From an uncultured Desulfobacterales bacterium (GTDB lineage Bacteria; Desulfobacterota; Desulfobulbia; Desulfobulbales; Desulfocapsaceae), in contig CALGIJ010000021.1 in assembly GCA_937915545.1 (NCBI GenBank), positions 36,815 through 100,814 of the forward strand: a stretch of 64,000 bases of DNA, given 5' to 3'. Position 1 is the stretch's first letter, and every line of letters begins with the position of its first letter. The translations under genes were made by a program, and so were the position numbers. The notes beneath the pieces are model-generated. The model was not told where the DNA came from, searched no databases, and worked only from the letters and a program-made list of their open reading frames with translations. Positions 1-9,688 of this stretch are shown piece by piece.

Positions 1-1
1 G

Positions 2-787
2 ATCGTCGTCGCCCCGCGCCAGCTGCTGCTGGTCCTCTTCTACCTTGGGGAGAACTGCGTCGACGCCACCCCCGAGGGTGGCGAAATCTCCTTGCGGGTG
101 GCTTTGCAGCCTGCCCCGTCCAATAGCTGCGGCGCCAGGGAAGAAGGCTCCGGCCACCGCGTCGTCTTCACCTTCCAGGACCACGGGCCGGGCTTCGCCC
201 GGGAGCAGGAGCTGGCCTTCGGCCGCCCCTTCAACTGCCGCCGGGGGGCAGCCTCCTGCCGCGGCCTCGGCATCTACGCCGCCGGCGTCCTCGCCGCCCG
301 CAGCGGGGGCAGCCTCGGCCTGCGCCGCGAGGACGACTGCACCCTGGTCAGCGCCGCCTTCCCCCTTCTCGTCGAGGAGCAGGCCGCCGACCCGCAACGC
401 ACCGGCACGGCCAGCCAGCGCTCCCGCCAGGTGGCGAGGCAATGCTTCCTCGTCGTCGAGGACGACGAGGCCCTGCGCACCCTGCTGCTCAACCGCCTGC
501 AGCGCCGCGGCCATATGGTCTTCTGCGTCGACAGCTGCGCCGAGGCGGAAGAGGAGTTCCACCACCTGCACGACATCATCACCATCGTGCTCATGGATGT
601 CGGCCTGCGCGACGCCAGCGGCTATGACTGCAGCCGCCGCCTGGCGGCCATCGCCCCCGACGTGCGGGTGATTTTCATGTCCGGCGAGCAGCAGCCCACG
701 GCAAACAGCGCCGAAGGCAATGTCTTCCTGCAGAAACCCTTCACCATGGATCAACTGGAACAGGCGATCATCGATGTCCACCTATAG
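2..787 (+). CDS. Hybrid sensor histidine kinase, C-terminal part only (end of HATPase_c plus receiver domain); the 5' end lies outside the window
   Basis: The frame is open from the window edge (IVVAPRQLLLVLFYLGENCVDATPEGGEISL looks like the N-box region). G-box-like GLGIYAAGVLAARSGGSL follows, then a receiver (CFLVVEDDEALR...IVLMDVGL...FLQKPF). The stop overlaps the next gene's start. Confidence 0.8.
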   Translation: MVVAPRQLLLVLFYLGENCVDATPEGGEISLRVALQPAPSNSCGAREEGSGHRVVFTFQDHGPGFAREQELAFGRPFNCRRGAASCRGLGIYAAGVLAARSGGSLGLRREDDCTLVSAAFPLLVEEQAADPQRTGTASQRSRQVARQCFLVVEDDEALRTLLLNRLQRRGHMVFCVDSCAEAEEEFHHLHDIITIVLMDVGLRDASGYDCSRRLAAIAPDVRVIFMSGEQQPTANSAEGNVFLQKPFTMDQLEQAIIDVHL

Positions 788-2174
788 CGCACCGGCAATC
801 AAGAACGCCCATATTCTCGTCGTCGACGACGAACCGAGCATCGTCGATTTCATCGCCGCCGCCCTCGGCGCCGGGGGCTATCAGGTGGAAGGCCACTGCG
901 ACCCCCGCGCCGCTTTGAAAAGCGCCAGGGGCAAGGTCTTCGATCTCGCCCTGGTGGATATCAACATGCCGGAGATGAACGGCATCGAGTTCTCCAAGAA
1001 ACTGCTCGAGATCTCCCTGGCCACCGAGATCGTCATCATCACCGGGGTCCCCGACGAGGAAAACCTCGACCCCTGCCTGCGCCTCGGCCTGACCCACTTC
1101 CTCTTCAAGCCCTTCAACGAGTCGCAGCTCATCTACACCATCTACGCCGCCCTGCACTTCAAGCGGCTGCGCAACGCCTTCGTCGCCTCCTCCGCCGGCG
1201 ACCGCAAGGGCAGCGGCTATATCGGCGTGTCGATGTCAACCCGCGATATCCGCGAGGAGATCGCCACCCTGGCCGGCCTCGACCTCCCGGTGCTCATTCT
1301 CGGCAAGTCAGGCACCGGCAAAGAGATCATCGCCCGCGACATCCACCGCAACAGCGGCCGCAGCACCGCGGTGTTCATGCCGGTCAACTGCGCCGTGCTC
1401 GGCAGCCTGGCCGAGACCGAGCTCTTCGGCCATGTCAGCGGCGCCTTCACCGGGGCGGTGAAGAGTACCAAGGGCTATATCGGCACCGCCGACGGCGGCA
1501 CCATCTTCTTCGACGAGGTCGGCGAACTGCCCCTCGACGTGCAGGCCAAGCTGCTGCGCTTTCTCGACGACGGCGAGTACAGCCGCGTCGGCGAGGCGAA
1601 GATCAGCCGCGCCGACGTGCGCATCGTGGCCGCCACTAACCGCGACCTCGAGGCGATGTGCACCGCCGGCACCTTCCGCGAGGACCTCTATTTCCGCCTC
1701 TCGGCCTCGATCATCCGCACCACCCCCCTCGACGAGCGCAAGGGCGACATCCTCCCCCTCATCTGGCATTTCCTCGACCTCTTCGGCACCGCCAAGAACG
1801 TCACCTACGAGATCTCCGCCGACGCCGCCTCGATGCTCATCGAAAAGGACTGGCCCGGCAATGTCCGCCAGCTCAAGCAGACCCTCTACCGCATCTCGCA
1901 GATGGCCACCAGCCGCAAGATCTCCGTCGCCGATGTGCGCCGCGTCCTCGGCACCGCCGGGCCGGTGGCGGCGATGACTTACAAGGACGCCAAGGACAAG
2001 GCCCTCGAGGAGTTCGACCGCGAGTATCTCCTCAAGATCCTCGGCCTCTCCCAGGGCAGCCTGCAGCAGGCCTTAAAGCTCTCCGGCATGCACAAGAAGA
2101 ACTTCTATACCAAGATCAAGGAACTCGGCCTGGCGATGAAGGACTTCGCCAGCCCCCGCCACCCCCGGGAGTGA
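774..2174 (+). CDS. Sigma-54-dependent response regulator (NtrC-family enhancer-binding protein: REC + AAA+ + Fis-type HTH)
   Basis: Receiver (HILVVDDEPS...DLALVDINMPEMNG...LFKPF). AAA+ core with Walker A GKSGTGKE and the GAFTGA loop (GHVSGAFTGA). C-terminal HTH (QQALKLSGMHKKNFYTKIKELGL). ATG 774 is preferred over 720 because it sits directly before the receiver and overlaps the upstream stop. Confidence 0.9.
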   Translation: MSTYSAPAIKNAHILVVDDEPSIVDFIAAALGAGGYQVEGHCDPRAALKSARGKVFDLALVDINMPEMNGIEFSKKLLEISLATEIVIITGVPDEENLDPCLRLGLTHFLFKPFNESQLIYTIYAALHFKRLRNAFVASSAGDRKGSGYIGVSMSTRDIREEIATLAGLDLPVLILGKSGTGKEIIARDIHRNSGRSTAVFMPVNCAVLGSLAETELFGHVSGAFTGAVKSTKGYIGTADGGTIFFDEVGELPLDVQAKLLRFLDDGEYSRVGEAKISRADVRIVAATNRDLEAMCTAGTFREDLYFRLSASIIRTTPLDERKGDILPLIWHFLDLFGTAKNVTYEISADAASMLIEKDWPGNVRQLKQTLYRISQMATSRKISVADVRRVLGTAGPVAAMTYKDAKDKALEEFDREYLLKILGLSQGSLQQALKLSGMHKKNFYTKIKELGLAMKDFASPRHPRE

Positions 2175-2188
2175 GCGTCGCCGGCAGG

Positions 2189-2209
2189 GGAGGCAAAGCT
2201 GCCTCCTTT
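2189..2209 (+). terminator. Possible intrinsic terminator after the EBP gene
   Basis: GGAGGCA-AAGC-TGCCTCC hairpin (7 bp) followed by only TTT; the T-run is weak. Confidence 0.35.
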
Positions 2210-2323
2210 CGCCCCGCTCTCTTCCCGCACAGCTGTCGCTCTGCTGGCAAGACACGCGCCGCACATTTTTTTTCGTTATCCTTTCATCTCGTTAGGCAAT
2301 TTCTGACCACCCTCCGACACCCT

Positions 2324-2339
2324 TGGAACGGGAGTTGCT
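2324..2339 (+). promoter_or_regulatory. Sigma-54 (-24/-12) promoter upstream of the pseudo-receiver gene
   Basis: TGGAACGGGAGTTGCT matches TGGCAC-N5-TTGCW with correct GG/GC spacing. It lies about 60 nt upstream of ATG 2400 and directly downstream of a sigma-54 activator gene. Confidence 0.55.
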
Positions 2340-2399
2340 TAGCCCTGTACTGTTGCGACCTCGTTTCACTCCAGGGCCTCTAACGCCTCTCTCAGAAAT

Positions 2400-2795
2400 A
2401 TGTCCCACGTCCTGCTCATCGTCGACACGCCCCAGACCGAGCCCATCGCCGCCGTGGCCCTGGCAGAACTGAACATCGCCCCGGTGCGCCTCGCCCTGGA
2501 AGACTTCGATCCCGATTTCCTGCTGGCCGAGATGTTCGACCTCATCGTCTTCGAACTCTTCGGCGAGAATCGCTCGTGCATCGCCATCCTGCAGAGCCTG
2601 GAGAGCATGGCGCAAACCTCGGGCATCGACCACCCGCCGATTATCGTCGTCACCTCCACCGAGAGCAATACCATCGAGCAGGCCCTGCGCACCGCCAAGG
2701 TCAGCTTCCTCCTCCTGCGACCTCTCCATAAAGAAGAGCTCATCTCCGCCATCCGCCAGGCGCTGCGTACCCTGCCGCGCCTGGAACCCCTTTAG
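2400..2795 (+). CDS. Single-domain CheY-like receiver with degenerate active site (pseudo-receiver)
   Basis: Receiver-fold periodicity: LLIVDT (instead of DD), DLIVFELFG (Glu at the phospho-Asp position), IIVVTST, FLLLRPL (Arg in place of the conserved Lys). Confidence 0.75.
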   Translation: MSHVLLIVDTPQTEPIAAVALAELNIAPVRLALEDFDPDFLLAEMFDLIVFELFGENRSCIAILQSLESMAQTSGIDHPPIIVVTSTESNTIEQALRTAKVSFLLLRPLHKEELISAIRQALRTLPRLEPL

Positions 2796-3175
2796 GACGC
2801 AGCCGCCACGGCCCCGGGAGGCAAATCGACCTCCTCCGCAACGGACCCGCCATTACCTGCCAAGATGCTTGAATCGCGAGATAATACCCAAAGCGCAACC
2901 ATCCTCCGTCACCCCACCTTTCTCCCGGCCCAGGCGGTGGTGGCAAGTTTACCTCCCCCTGTACTTTACCGCCGTCAGTCAAGGCCCGACAGCCGCCCGG
3001 GTCGCGGGCAGCGGAGGGCCGCAAAGGCCCCACGGGAAGAGAACTACGCCCCCAACTCCGTCCCCTTGCGCCCGGAACGTTTTTTGCAAGGCCATAATCA
3101 CCATACTTGCCCCGCAGGGCGCCCGACGGCCCCTGCCAACGCCCGTTATGCCAAACTTCCCGAAAGGAGCCCCCA

Positions 3176-4840
3176 ATGTTCACCAACATGAAGATCGGCA
3201 CCCGTCTCACTCTCGCCTTCGGTCTGCTGCTGCTCTTTCTGCTCGTCAATGGCGCCGTGGCCTTCAAGATGATCGAAGACCTGGCCGACGAGGTCACCGT
3301 GCTCGCCGAAGACCGCATGCCCAAGGTGGAACTGGCCAACGAAATCGTTGACAACATCAACGTCATCGCCCGCGCCCTGCGTAACATCTACATCGACGAG
3401 ACCAAGCAGGTCCAGGAGGCGGAGTACGCGCGCATCGTCAAGGCTCGCGAGACCATCGGTAAAAATGCCGAAACACTCAAGGCGGCCTCGCACAGCGGCG
3501 AGGGCCGCGACAAGGTGCAGGCCCTCTTCGACGCCCGTGCCGCCTATATCGACAACTACGAAAAATTTCTCGGCCATGTACGTGCGAACGAGCGCGACAA
3601 GGCCAAGGCCCTGTTGCTCACCTCCGTACGCGAAGCGCAGAGCAAGTACTTCGCCGCGGCCGAGGGGGTCATCGATTACCAGGGAAAAGCGGCCAGTGAC
3701 GCCGCCGCCCAGGCCGAACAGGGGGCGAAGCGGGCCGAAATGCTCATCGCCATCTTCTGCCTGGTTGGCCTGGTACTTGGCGCCGCCGCCACCTTCTTCA
3801 TCGTCCGCTCCATCACCGGCCCGGTGACCAAGACGGTCCAACTCGCCCAAACCATGGCCAAGGGGGATCTCACCGCCCGGCTGGATATCACCCAGCGCGA
3901 CGAGATCGGCATCATGGCCGGGGCGATGAACGACACCATCGCCCAGCTGAGCAAGATGATCGGCGAGATCGCCGGCGGCGTCAACACCCTCTCCAACTCC
4001 TCCTCCGACTTGGCCTCGGTATCGAAGCAGCTCTCCGCCTCGGCCGCCGAGACCGCCGGCAAGTCGAGCACCGTGGCCACCGCCGCCGAGGAAATGAGCA
4101 GCAACTTCCACTCGGTGTCGGCGGCCATGGAGCAGTCGTCGAGCAATGTCGGCCTGGTGGCCACCGCCACCGAGGAGATGACCGCCACCGTCAACGAGAT
4201 CAGCCGCAGCGCCGAGAAGGCGCGCGAGGTCTCGGAAAAGGCGGTCAGGCAGAGCCAGGAAACCTCGGAGAAGATCACCGCCCTCGGCGACTCGGCGCGC
4301 AAGGTTGGCAAGGTCACCGAGGCGATCACCGAAATCAGCGAGCAGACCAACCTGCTCGCCTTGAATGCCACCATCGAGGCGGCGCGGGCTGGCGAAGCCG
4401 GCAAGGGCTTTGCCGTCGTCGCCAACGAGATCAAGGAACTGGCACGGCAGACAGCGGCGGCGACGGTGGACATCAAGAACCAGATCGCCGAGATGCAGAC
4501 CACCACCTCCTCGACTATCAGCGACATCGAGGAGATCGCGGCGATCATCGCCGAGGTCAACAACGTCATCGCCACCATCGCCACGGCGGTGGTCGAGCAG
4601 TCCACCGCCACCGCCGAGATCGCCGGCAACATCTCCCAGGCCTCCCAGGGCATCATGGAGGTCAATGAGAACGTCGCCCAGAGCACGACAGTGGTGGCGG
4701 AGATCAGCAAAAACATCTCCGAGATCAATATCGAGGCCAACCAGGTCGGCGCCGGCAGCAGCCAGGTGCAGTCCAGCGCCCAGGAACTGGCAGCCCTGGC
4801 CGCCCGCCTGCAGGCGCTGATGAGCCGGTTCAAGGTGTGA
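3176..4840 (+). CDS. Methyl-accepting chemotaxis protein (4-helix-bundle-type sensor, HAMP, MA domain)
   Basis: N-terminal TM ([20 protein letters not shown]), second TM plus HAMP, and the signalling hairpin [42 protein letters not shown] lies 6 nt before ATG 3176. Confidence 0.9.
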   Translation: MFTNMKIGTRLTLAFGLLLLFLLVNGAVAFKMIEDLADEVTVLAEDRMPKVELANEIVDNINVIARALRNIYIDETKQVQEAEYARIVKARETIGKNAETLKAASHSGEGRDKVQALFDARAAYIDNYEKFLGHVRANERDKAKALLLTSVREAQSKYFAAAEGVIDYQGKAASDAAAQAEQGAKRAEMLIAIFCLVGLVLGAAATFFIVRSITGPVTKTVQLAQTMAKGDLTARLDITQRDEIGIMAGAMNDTIAQLSKMIGEIAGGVNTLSNSSSDLASVSKQLSASAAETAGKSSTVATAAEEMSSNFHSVSAAMEQSSSNVGLVATATEEMTATVNEISRSAEKAREVSEKAVRQSQETSEKITALGDSARKVGKVTEAITEISEQTNLLALNATIEAARAGEAGKGFAVVANEIKELARQTAAATVDIKNQIAEMQTTTSSTISDIEEIAAIIAEVNNVIATIATAVVEQSTATAEIAGNISQASQGIMEVNENVAQSTTVVAEISKNISEINIEANQVGAGSSQVQSSAQELAALAARLQALMSRFKV

Positions 4841-4847
4841 GCCTGCC

Positions 4848-7800
4848 GTGACTCGCCCGGCTGCCATGGACAAGGCGAAAAGCGCACCTTCGCCCCGACT
4901 CGGCCACCTGTCGGTGGCGCTGCTGGCGCTGCTCGCTCTCGACCTGCTGGTCGGTGTCTGGCTCTTCCAGGAGCAACTGGGCGGACAGCGGCAGATGGTC
5001 GAGGAGCAGCTGCAGGCAATCGCCACCCTCAAGGCCGAAGAGATCGCCGAGTGGCGCCAGGGGTTGATTGACCAGGCCGCCCTGATCGGCGAGAGTCCCT
5101 TCTTCGCCCAGGGAGTACAGCGCTATCTCGCCACTGCCGGCCTCGACGACGCCCAGGCACTCCTGCAGCGGCTGCGCTCGATGACCGTCCACTACCACTA
5201 CCCCGGAGTGCTGGTCACCGACGTCAGCGGCAAGGTGGTGGTCTCCTATGGCCAGCTGGCCAACCTCGACAACAGCGGCACCCTGGCCACCCTGGTTTCC
5301 CGCGCCTTCACCGAGCGGGGCCCGGTGCTCGGCGACCTCTTCGCGGCCGGCGGCGAGGTGTTCATCGCCGTGTCGACGCCGCTGTTCGAAAACGGCCAGC
5401 CCGGGGGCCGCCTCCTCGGTGCGGCGGTGCTGGTCACCAACCCGCGGCGCTACCTCTTCCCCCTGCTGGAGAGCTGGCCGACGAAGAGCGACAGCGCCGA
5501 GTCGCTGCTGGTGCGTGTCGAGGGCGACAAAGTCCTCTACCTCAGCAACCTGCGCCACGCTGTTCATTTCCCGCTGACTCTCAGCCTGCCATTGCGCCGC
5601 GACACCACCCCGGAGGTCGGGGACGTCGCCAGGGATGGCGGCATCATCGTCGGCCCCGACTACCGCGGCAGCAAGGTCATCGCCTATGTCATACCCGTTG
5701 CCGGCTCACCCTGGTTCCTCGTTTCGAAGATGGATGACGACGAGGCCTTCGCCACCTGGCGCCGGCAGTCGGCCTTGCTCATCGTCGCCTTCGGCGGCAT
5801 CGCCGCCCTGCTGATAACCTTCGGTCTCGTCGCGAGGCAGCGCAACCGCCGTCTCCATTCCGACCAACTGCTGGCCGCGGAACAGACCCTGCGCCGCAAC
5901 GCCGAGCGTAGCGCCTTCGTCTTGCGCTCCATCAACGAGGCCATCGTCGTCACCGACGCAGAGGGCCGCATTGAGCTCATCAACCCGGCGGCCGTGGCCC
6001 TGCTCGACAGGGACAGGCGCCATCTCGTCGGCGTCCCCCTGGCAGAGGTCTTCACCCTCGTCGACGAAGAGAGCGGCCGACCGCTGCCCGATCCCGTGGC
6101 CACCGTCCTCGCCGGCGGCGACGGCACTGTTGCCCACGGCTCGCCGACCCTCGTCCTCGCCGATGAGGGCCGTGTCCCGGTGACCATCGACACCGCACCC
6201 CTGCATGACGGCCAGGGCAGGGTCAACGGGGCGGCGGTGGTCATCCACGACCAGAGCCGGGCGCGCTTTCTCGCCCGCCTCACCGAAAAACGCATCAAAA
6301 TCGGCGAGTTTGCGGCCACCATCCCTCTCGACCAACTGCTCGTCAAGATCCTCGACGAAACCTGCGAACTGGTCGGCAGCCCCATCGGCTTCTACCACTT
6401 CGTCCTCCCCGACCAGAAGACCCTCGCCCTGCAGGAGTGGTCAACGAGGACACGGCAGGAGTTCTGCCACGCCGAAGGCCAGAGCCTTCAATACGACATC
6501 GCCCTGGCCGGAGTCTGGGCGGATTGCATCGCCAGCCGTAAGCCGGTGATCCACAACGACTATGCCTCCCTCCCCCATGCCAAGGGGCTGCCCCCCGGCC
6601 ATGCCCCGGTGGTGCGGGAACTGGTGGTACCGGTACTGCACCAGGACAGGGTGGTGGCAGTCGTCGGTGTCGGCAACAAGGCCAGCGACTATGACGACCG
6701 CGATGTCGAGGCGGTCTCCTACCTCGCCGAGGTCATCTACCATCTCGTCGACGCCAAGAAGACCGAGGAGGCCCTGCGCCGCTCCCTGCAGACTTCCGAC
6801 GACCTGGTGCGGGCCATGCCAGCCGGCCTGTTCATCTTCCAGTACCGCGAACCGAGCCACCTCACCCTGCTCTCCGGCAACCCCGAGGCGGAGCGGCTCA
6901 CCGGCAGAACGATGGCCGACCTCGTCGGCCTCGACTTCGCGTCCATCTGGCCCACCGCCGACAGCAGCCTCGCCGCCAGGGTACTCGAAGTGGTGCGCAG
7001 CGGCAGGACCTTCGAGACCGAGGACCTCCATTACGCCGGCCAACACCTCGCCGCTGCCTTCCGCCTGCGCCTCTTCCGCCTCCCCGATTCCCGTCTCGGG
7101 ATGGCCTTCGAGAGCATCGGCGACCTCAAGCGGGCCGAGGCGGAAAAGGAGAAGATCCACTCGCAGCTGCAACAGGCGCAGAAGATGGAGTCGGTGGGCC
7201 GCCTCGCCGGCGGGGTGGCCCACGACTTCAACAACATGCTCAGCGTCATCATCGGCAACACCGAGCTTGCCCTCGAATACGCCAAGAAGGATTCGGCCAT
7301 GCAGCGCGAGCTGCTGGAGATCAAGGCTGCCGCCCTGCGCTCGGCCGAGCTGACGCGGCAGCTGCTCGCCTTCGCCCGCAAGCAGGCGGTGGCGCCGCGG
7401 GTCATCGACCTCAACGCCACCATCGAGGGCATGTTGAAGATGCTGCGCCGGCTCATCGGTGAGGATATTACCCTCGAGTGGCTGCCCCAGGCGGGGCTGC
7501 CGTCGATCTTCATCGACCCCTCACAGGTGGACCAGACCCTCGCCAACCTCTGCGTCAACGCCCGCGACGCCATCGACGGCGTCGGCAGGATCATCATCGA
7601 GACCGCCAGCGTCACGCTGAACGAGGAATACTGTCTGGAAGCCCCCGGCACCAGCCCCGGCGATTACGTCGTCCTCACCGTCAGCGACACCGGCATGGGC
7701 ATGGCGAGGGAGCAGCTGGGACATATCTTCGAGCCCTTCTACACAACCAAGCGGGCCGGCGAGGGCACCGGACTCGGCCTGGCGATGATCTACGGCATCG

Positions 7801-8309
7801 TCAAGCAGAATGGAGGCTATATCAAGGTGTACAGCGAACCCGGCCAGGGGGCCACCTTCCGCATCTACCTGCCGCAATACCTCGGCGACCGGGGCGAGGA
7901 CGAGGAGCGAGGCACAGAGCTCGAGGAGATCCCCGGCGGCCAGGGGCAGCTGATCCTCCTCGTCGAAGACGAGACGGTCATCCTCGAGATGAACAGCCGC
8001 ATCCTGCAGCGCCTCGGCTACCGGGTCATCGCCTCCAGTTCCGCCGCCGAGGCCATCGACCTGGCGCGCCGCCACCACGGCGAGCTGCGCCTCCTGCTCA
8101 CCGACATCATCATGCCGGAAATGAACGGCTACGATCTCGCCACCGCCATACAAAAGGAGGCCCCGGAGTTGCAGGTGCTCTTTATCTCCGGCTATACTGC
8201 CAACGTCATCGCCCGCCAGGGCATCATCCCGGAAGGTGTCAACTTCCTGCAGAAACCCTTCATGAAGCGGGATCTCGCCCTCAAGCTGCACCACATCCTC
8301 AACGGCTGA
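4848..8309 (+). CDS. Hybrid sensor histidine kinase (TM/periplasmic sensor, PAS, GAF, PAS, HisKA, HATPase_c, REC)
   Basis: H-box [23 protein letters not shown]. HATPase_c (DTGMGM...GTGLGLAMIYGIV). Receiver (LILLVEDETV...LLLTDIIMPEMNG...LQKPF). GTG start at 4848; ATG 4866 is an alternative. Confidence 0.9.
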   Translation: MTRPAAMDKAKSAPSPRLGHLSVALLALLALDLLVGVWLFQEQLGGQRQMVEEQLQAIATLKAEEIAEWRQGLIDQAALIGESPFFAQGVQRYLATAGLDDAQALLQRLRSMTVHYHYPGVLVTDVSGKVVVSYGQLANLDNSGTLATLVSRAFTERGPVLGDLFAAGGEVFIAVSTPLFENGQPGGRLLGAAVLVTNPRRYLFPLLESWPTKSDSAESLLVRVEGDKVLYLSNLRHAVHFPLTLSLPLRRDTTPEVGDVARDGGIIVGPDYRGSKVIAYVIPVAGSPWFLVSKMDDDEAFATWRRQSALLIVAFGGIAALLITFGLVARQRNRRLHSDQLLAAEQTLRRNAERSAFVLRSINEAIVVTDAEGRIELINPAAVALLDRDRRHLVGVPLAEVFTLVDEESGRPLPDPVATVLAGGDGTVAHGSPTLVLADEGRVPVTIDTAPLHDGQGRVNGAAVVIHDQSRARFLARLTEKRIKIGEFAATIPLDQLLVKILDETCELVGSPIGFYHFVLPDQKTLALQEWSTRTRQEFCHAEGQSLQYDIALAGVWADCIASRKPVIHNDYASLPHAKGLPPGHAPVVRELVVPVLHQDRVVAVVGVGNKASDYDDRDVEAVSYLAEVIYHLVDAKKTEEALRRSLQTSDDLVRAMPAGLFIFQYREPSHLTLLSGNPEAERLTGRTMADLVGLDFASIWPTADSSLAARVLEVVRSGRTFETEDLHYAGQHLAAAFRLRLFRLPDSRLGMAFESIGDLKRAEAEKEKIHSQLQQAQKMESVGRLAGGVAHDFNNMLSVIIGNTELALEYAKKDSAMQRELLEIKAAALRSAELTRQLLAFARKQAVAPRVIDLNATIEGMLKMLRRLIGEDITLEWLPQAGLPSIFIDPSQVDQTLANLCVNARDAIDGVGRIIIETASVTLNEEYCLEAPGTSPGDYVVLTVSDTGMGMAREQLGHIFEPFYTTKRAGEGTGLGLAMIYGIVKQNGGYIKVYSEPGQGATFRIYLPQYLGDRGEDEERGTELEEIPGGQGQLILLVEDETVILEMNSRILQRLGYRVIASSSAAEAIDLARRHHGELRLLLTDIIMPEMNGYDLATAIQKEAPELQVLFISGYTANVIARQGIIPEGVNFLQKPFMKRDLALKLHHILNG

Positions 8310-8328
8310 ACAGGCCAGGACGGTATCC

Positions 8329-9537
8329 ATGGAGATGTTCATCGCCCGGCAACCGATCTTCAACCAGCATAAGCGACTCTATGCCTACGAGCTGCTCTAC
8401 CGCGGCACCAAGACCTCGAACCTCGACAACACCAGCGGCAACCGCGCCACCACCAGCGTCCTCACCAGCGCCTTCCTCACCGAGGGGCTGGCCACCATCA
8501 GCGGCCTGCGTCCCTGCTTCATCAACTTTCCCCGCGACCTGCTGCTGCGCAACCTGCCGGCCTCCTTTCCCAAGAACCTGCTGGTGGTGGAGGTGCTCGA
8601 GGACGTGCCGCCGACCGCGGAGATCCTCGCCGTCTGCCGCAAGCTCAAGGACGACGGCTACCAGATCGCCCTCGACGACTTCGTCTACCACCACTCCCTG
8701 GACCCGCTCATCGCCCTCGCCGATATCATCAAGATCGACCTGCGCCTGACCCCGCTCGGCGGCCTCCTCCCCACCCTGCGCCGCCTCGCCGACTACGACC
8801 TCAAATTGCTCGCCGAAAAGGTCGAGACCTACGAGGAGTTCGATCAGGCGGCCAGGCTCGGCTTCACCCTCTTCCAGGGCTACTTCTTCAGCCGGCCGGA
8901 GCATATCCGCATCCAGGAAATCGCCTCGACGAAGATCGTCCTCGTGCAGCTGCTGGCCGAGGCCAGCGCCAAAAAGACCACCGTCCGGCGGCTGCAGGAG
9001 ATCATCGAGCGCGATGTCGGCCTCACCTACAAGCTGCTGCGCTATGTCAACTCCTCCTACTTCTACCGGTTGAGCAAGGTCGAGTCGGTGGGCCAGGCCA
9101 TTGCCTATCTCGGCGAACGGGAGATGCGCCGCTACCTCCTTCTCGTGCTCATCGCGGAGATGTGCAGCGAAAAACCCGAGGAGCTGGTGCGCCTGGCCAT
9201 CGTCCGCGCCAAGACCGCCGAGGGCCTCGCCCTGGCAAGCAGCCTCGCCGCCAAGAGCGACGATATTTTCCTCTTCTGCCTGCTCTCCCTGCTCGACGCC
9301 ATGCTCGACAGCAGCATGGCGCGCATCTGCGAGCGGCTCTCCCTGGGCGACCATATCAAGAATGGCCTCCTCCACGGCGCCGGCCCCTTCGCCCCCTTTC
9401 TCAAGGCGATCATCGCCCACGAGATTCACGACCGCCAGGGCTGCCTGGCCGCTCTCGAGAACATTGGCGCCACCCTCGACGATCTGCAGAAGAGCTACCT
9501 CGAAGGCTTGGCCTTCGTCGAACAGTTCCCGCAATGA
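8329..9537 (+). CDS. EAL + HDOD domain protein (c-di-GMP signalling, YuxH/COG3434-like)
   Basis: EAL-domain landmarks with variant residues (QPIFN...YELLYRG, FINFPRD, EVLE, IALDDFV, KIDLRL, AEKVET...FQGYFFSRP), followed by an HDOD-like C-terminal half. Confidence 0.85.
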   Translation: MEMFIARQPIFNQHKRLYAYELLYRGTKTSNLDNTSGNRATTSVLTSAFLTEGLATISGLRPCFINFPRDLLLRNLPASFPKNLLVVEVLEDVPPTAEILAVCRKLKDDGYQIALDDFVYHHSLDPLIALADIIKIDLRLTPLGGLLPTLRRLADYDLKLLAEKVETYEEFDQAARLGFTLFQGYFFSRPEHIRIQEIASTKIVLVQLLAEASAKKTTVRRLQEIIERDVGLTYKLLRYVNSSYFYRLSKVESVGQAIAYLGEREMRRYLLLVLIAEMCSEKPEELVRLAIVRAKTAEGLALASSLAAKSDDIFLFCLLSLLDAMLDSSMARICERLSLGDHIKNGLLHGAGPFAPFLKAIIAHEIHDRQGCLAALENIGATLDDLQKSYLEGLAFVEQFPQ

Positions 9538-9560
9538 AGCTTTGCCGCCAGAGCTGTGTC

Positions 9561-9665
9561 GGGCGGGAGGGAGTGTCGAGAGAGGGGACGAACGAGGCGA
9601 CGGGGCAAAGGACAGGGACGGCGAGAAGGGCGCACAAAGAGGGGCCAGGGGAGGAAGGCAAGGCA
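9561..9665 (+). repeat. About 105-nt purine-rich (roughly 80% G/A) G-run tract in a convergent intergenic region
   Basis: gggcgggagggag...gagagggg...cgacgggg...cagggacgg...agaggggccaggggaggaagg; many G3-G4 runs on the plus strand. Confidence 0.6.
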
Positions 9666-9688
9666 GCCGCGCCGCCAGCGGCCTCTCT

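Noticed and set aside
720-773. Upstream ATG at 720 for the sigma-54 activator. Similar upstream start extensions occur in the ORF track at 3107, 12652, 15968, 22589, 31936, 32525, 41845, 43283 and 61706.
   Set aside because: In each case a downstream start gives a better SD and/or an exact start-stop overlap with the neighbouring gene. The extra N-terminal residues are low-complexity and overlap the upstream gene or leader.
3146-5032. 628-aa ORF antisense to the MCP gene. Similar long antisense ORFs occur at 8299-9792, 17073-18695, 13302-14477, 35705-37696, 42459-43631 and 43986-45140.
   Set aside because: These are typical GC-rich shadow ORFs. Their translations are dominated by G/A/R/D/L runs with no domain motifs, and each lies exactly opposite a gene with clear domain signatures.
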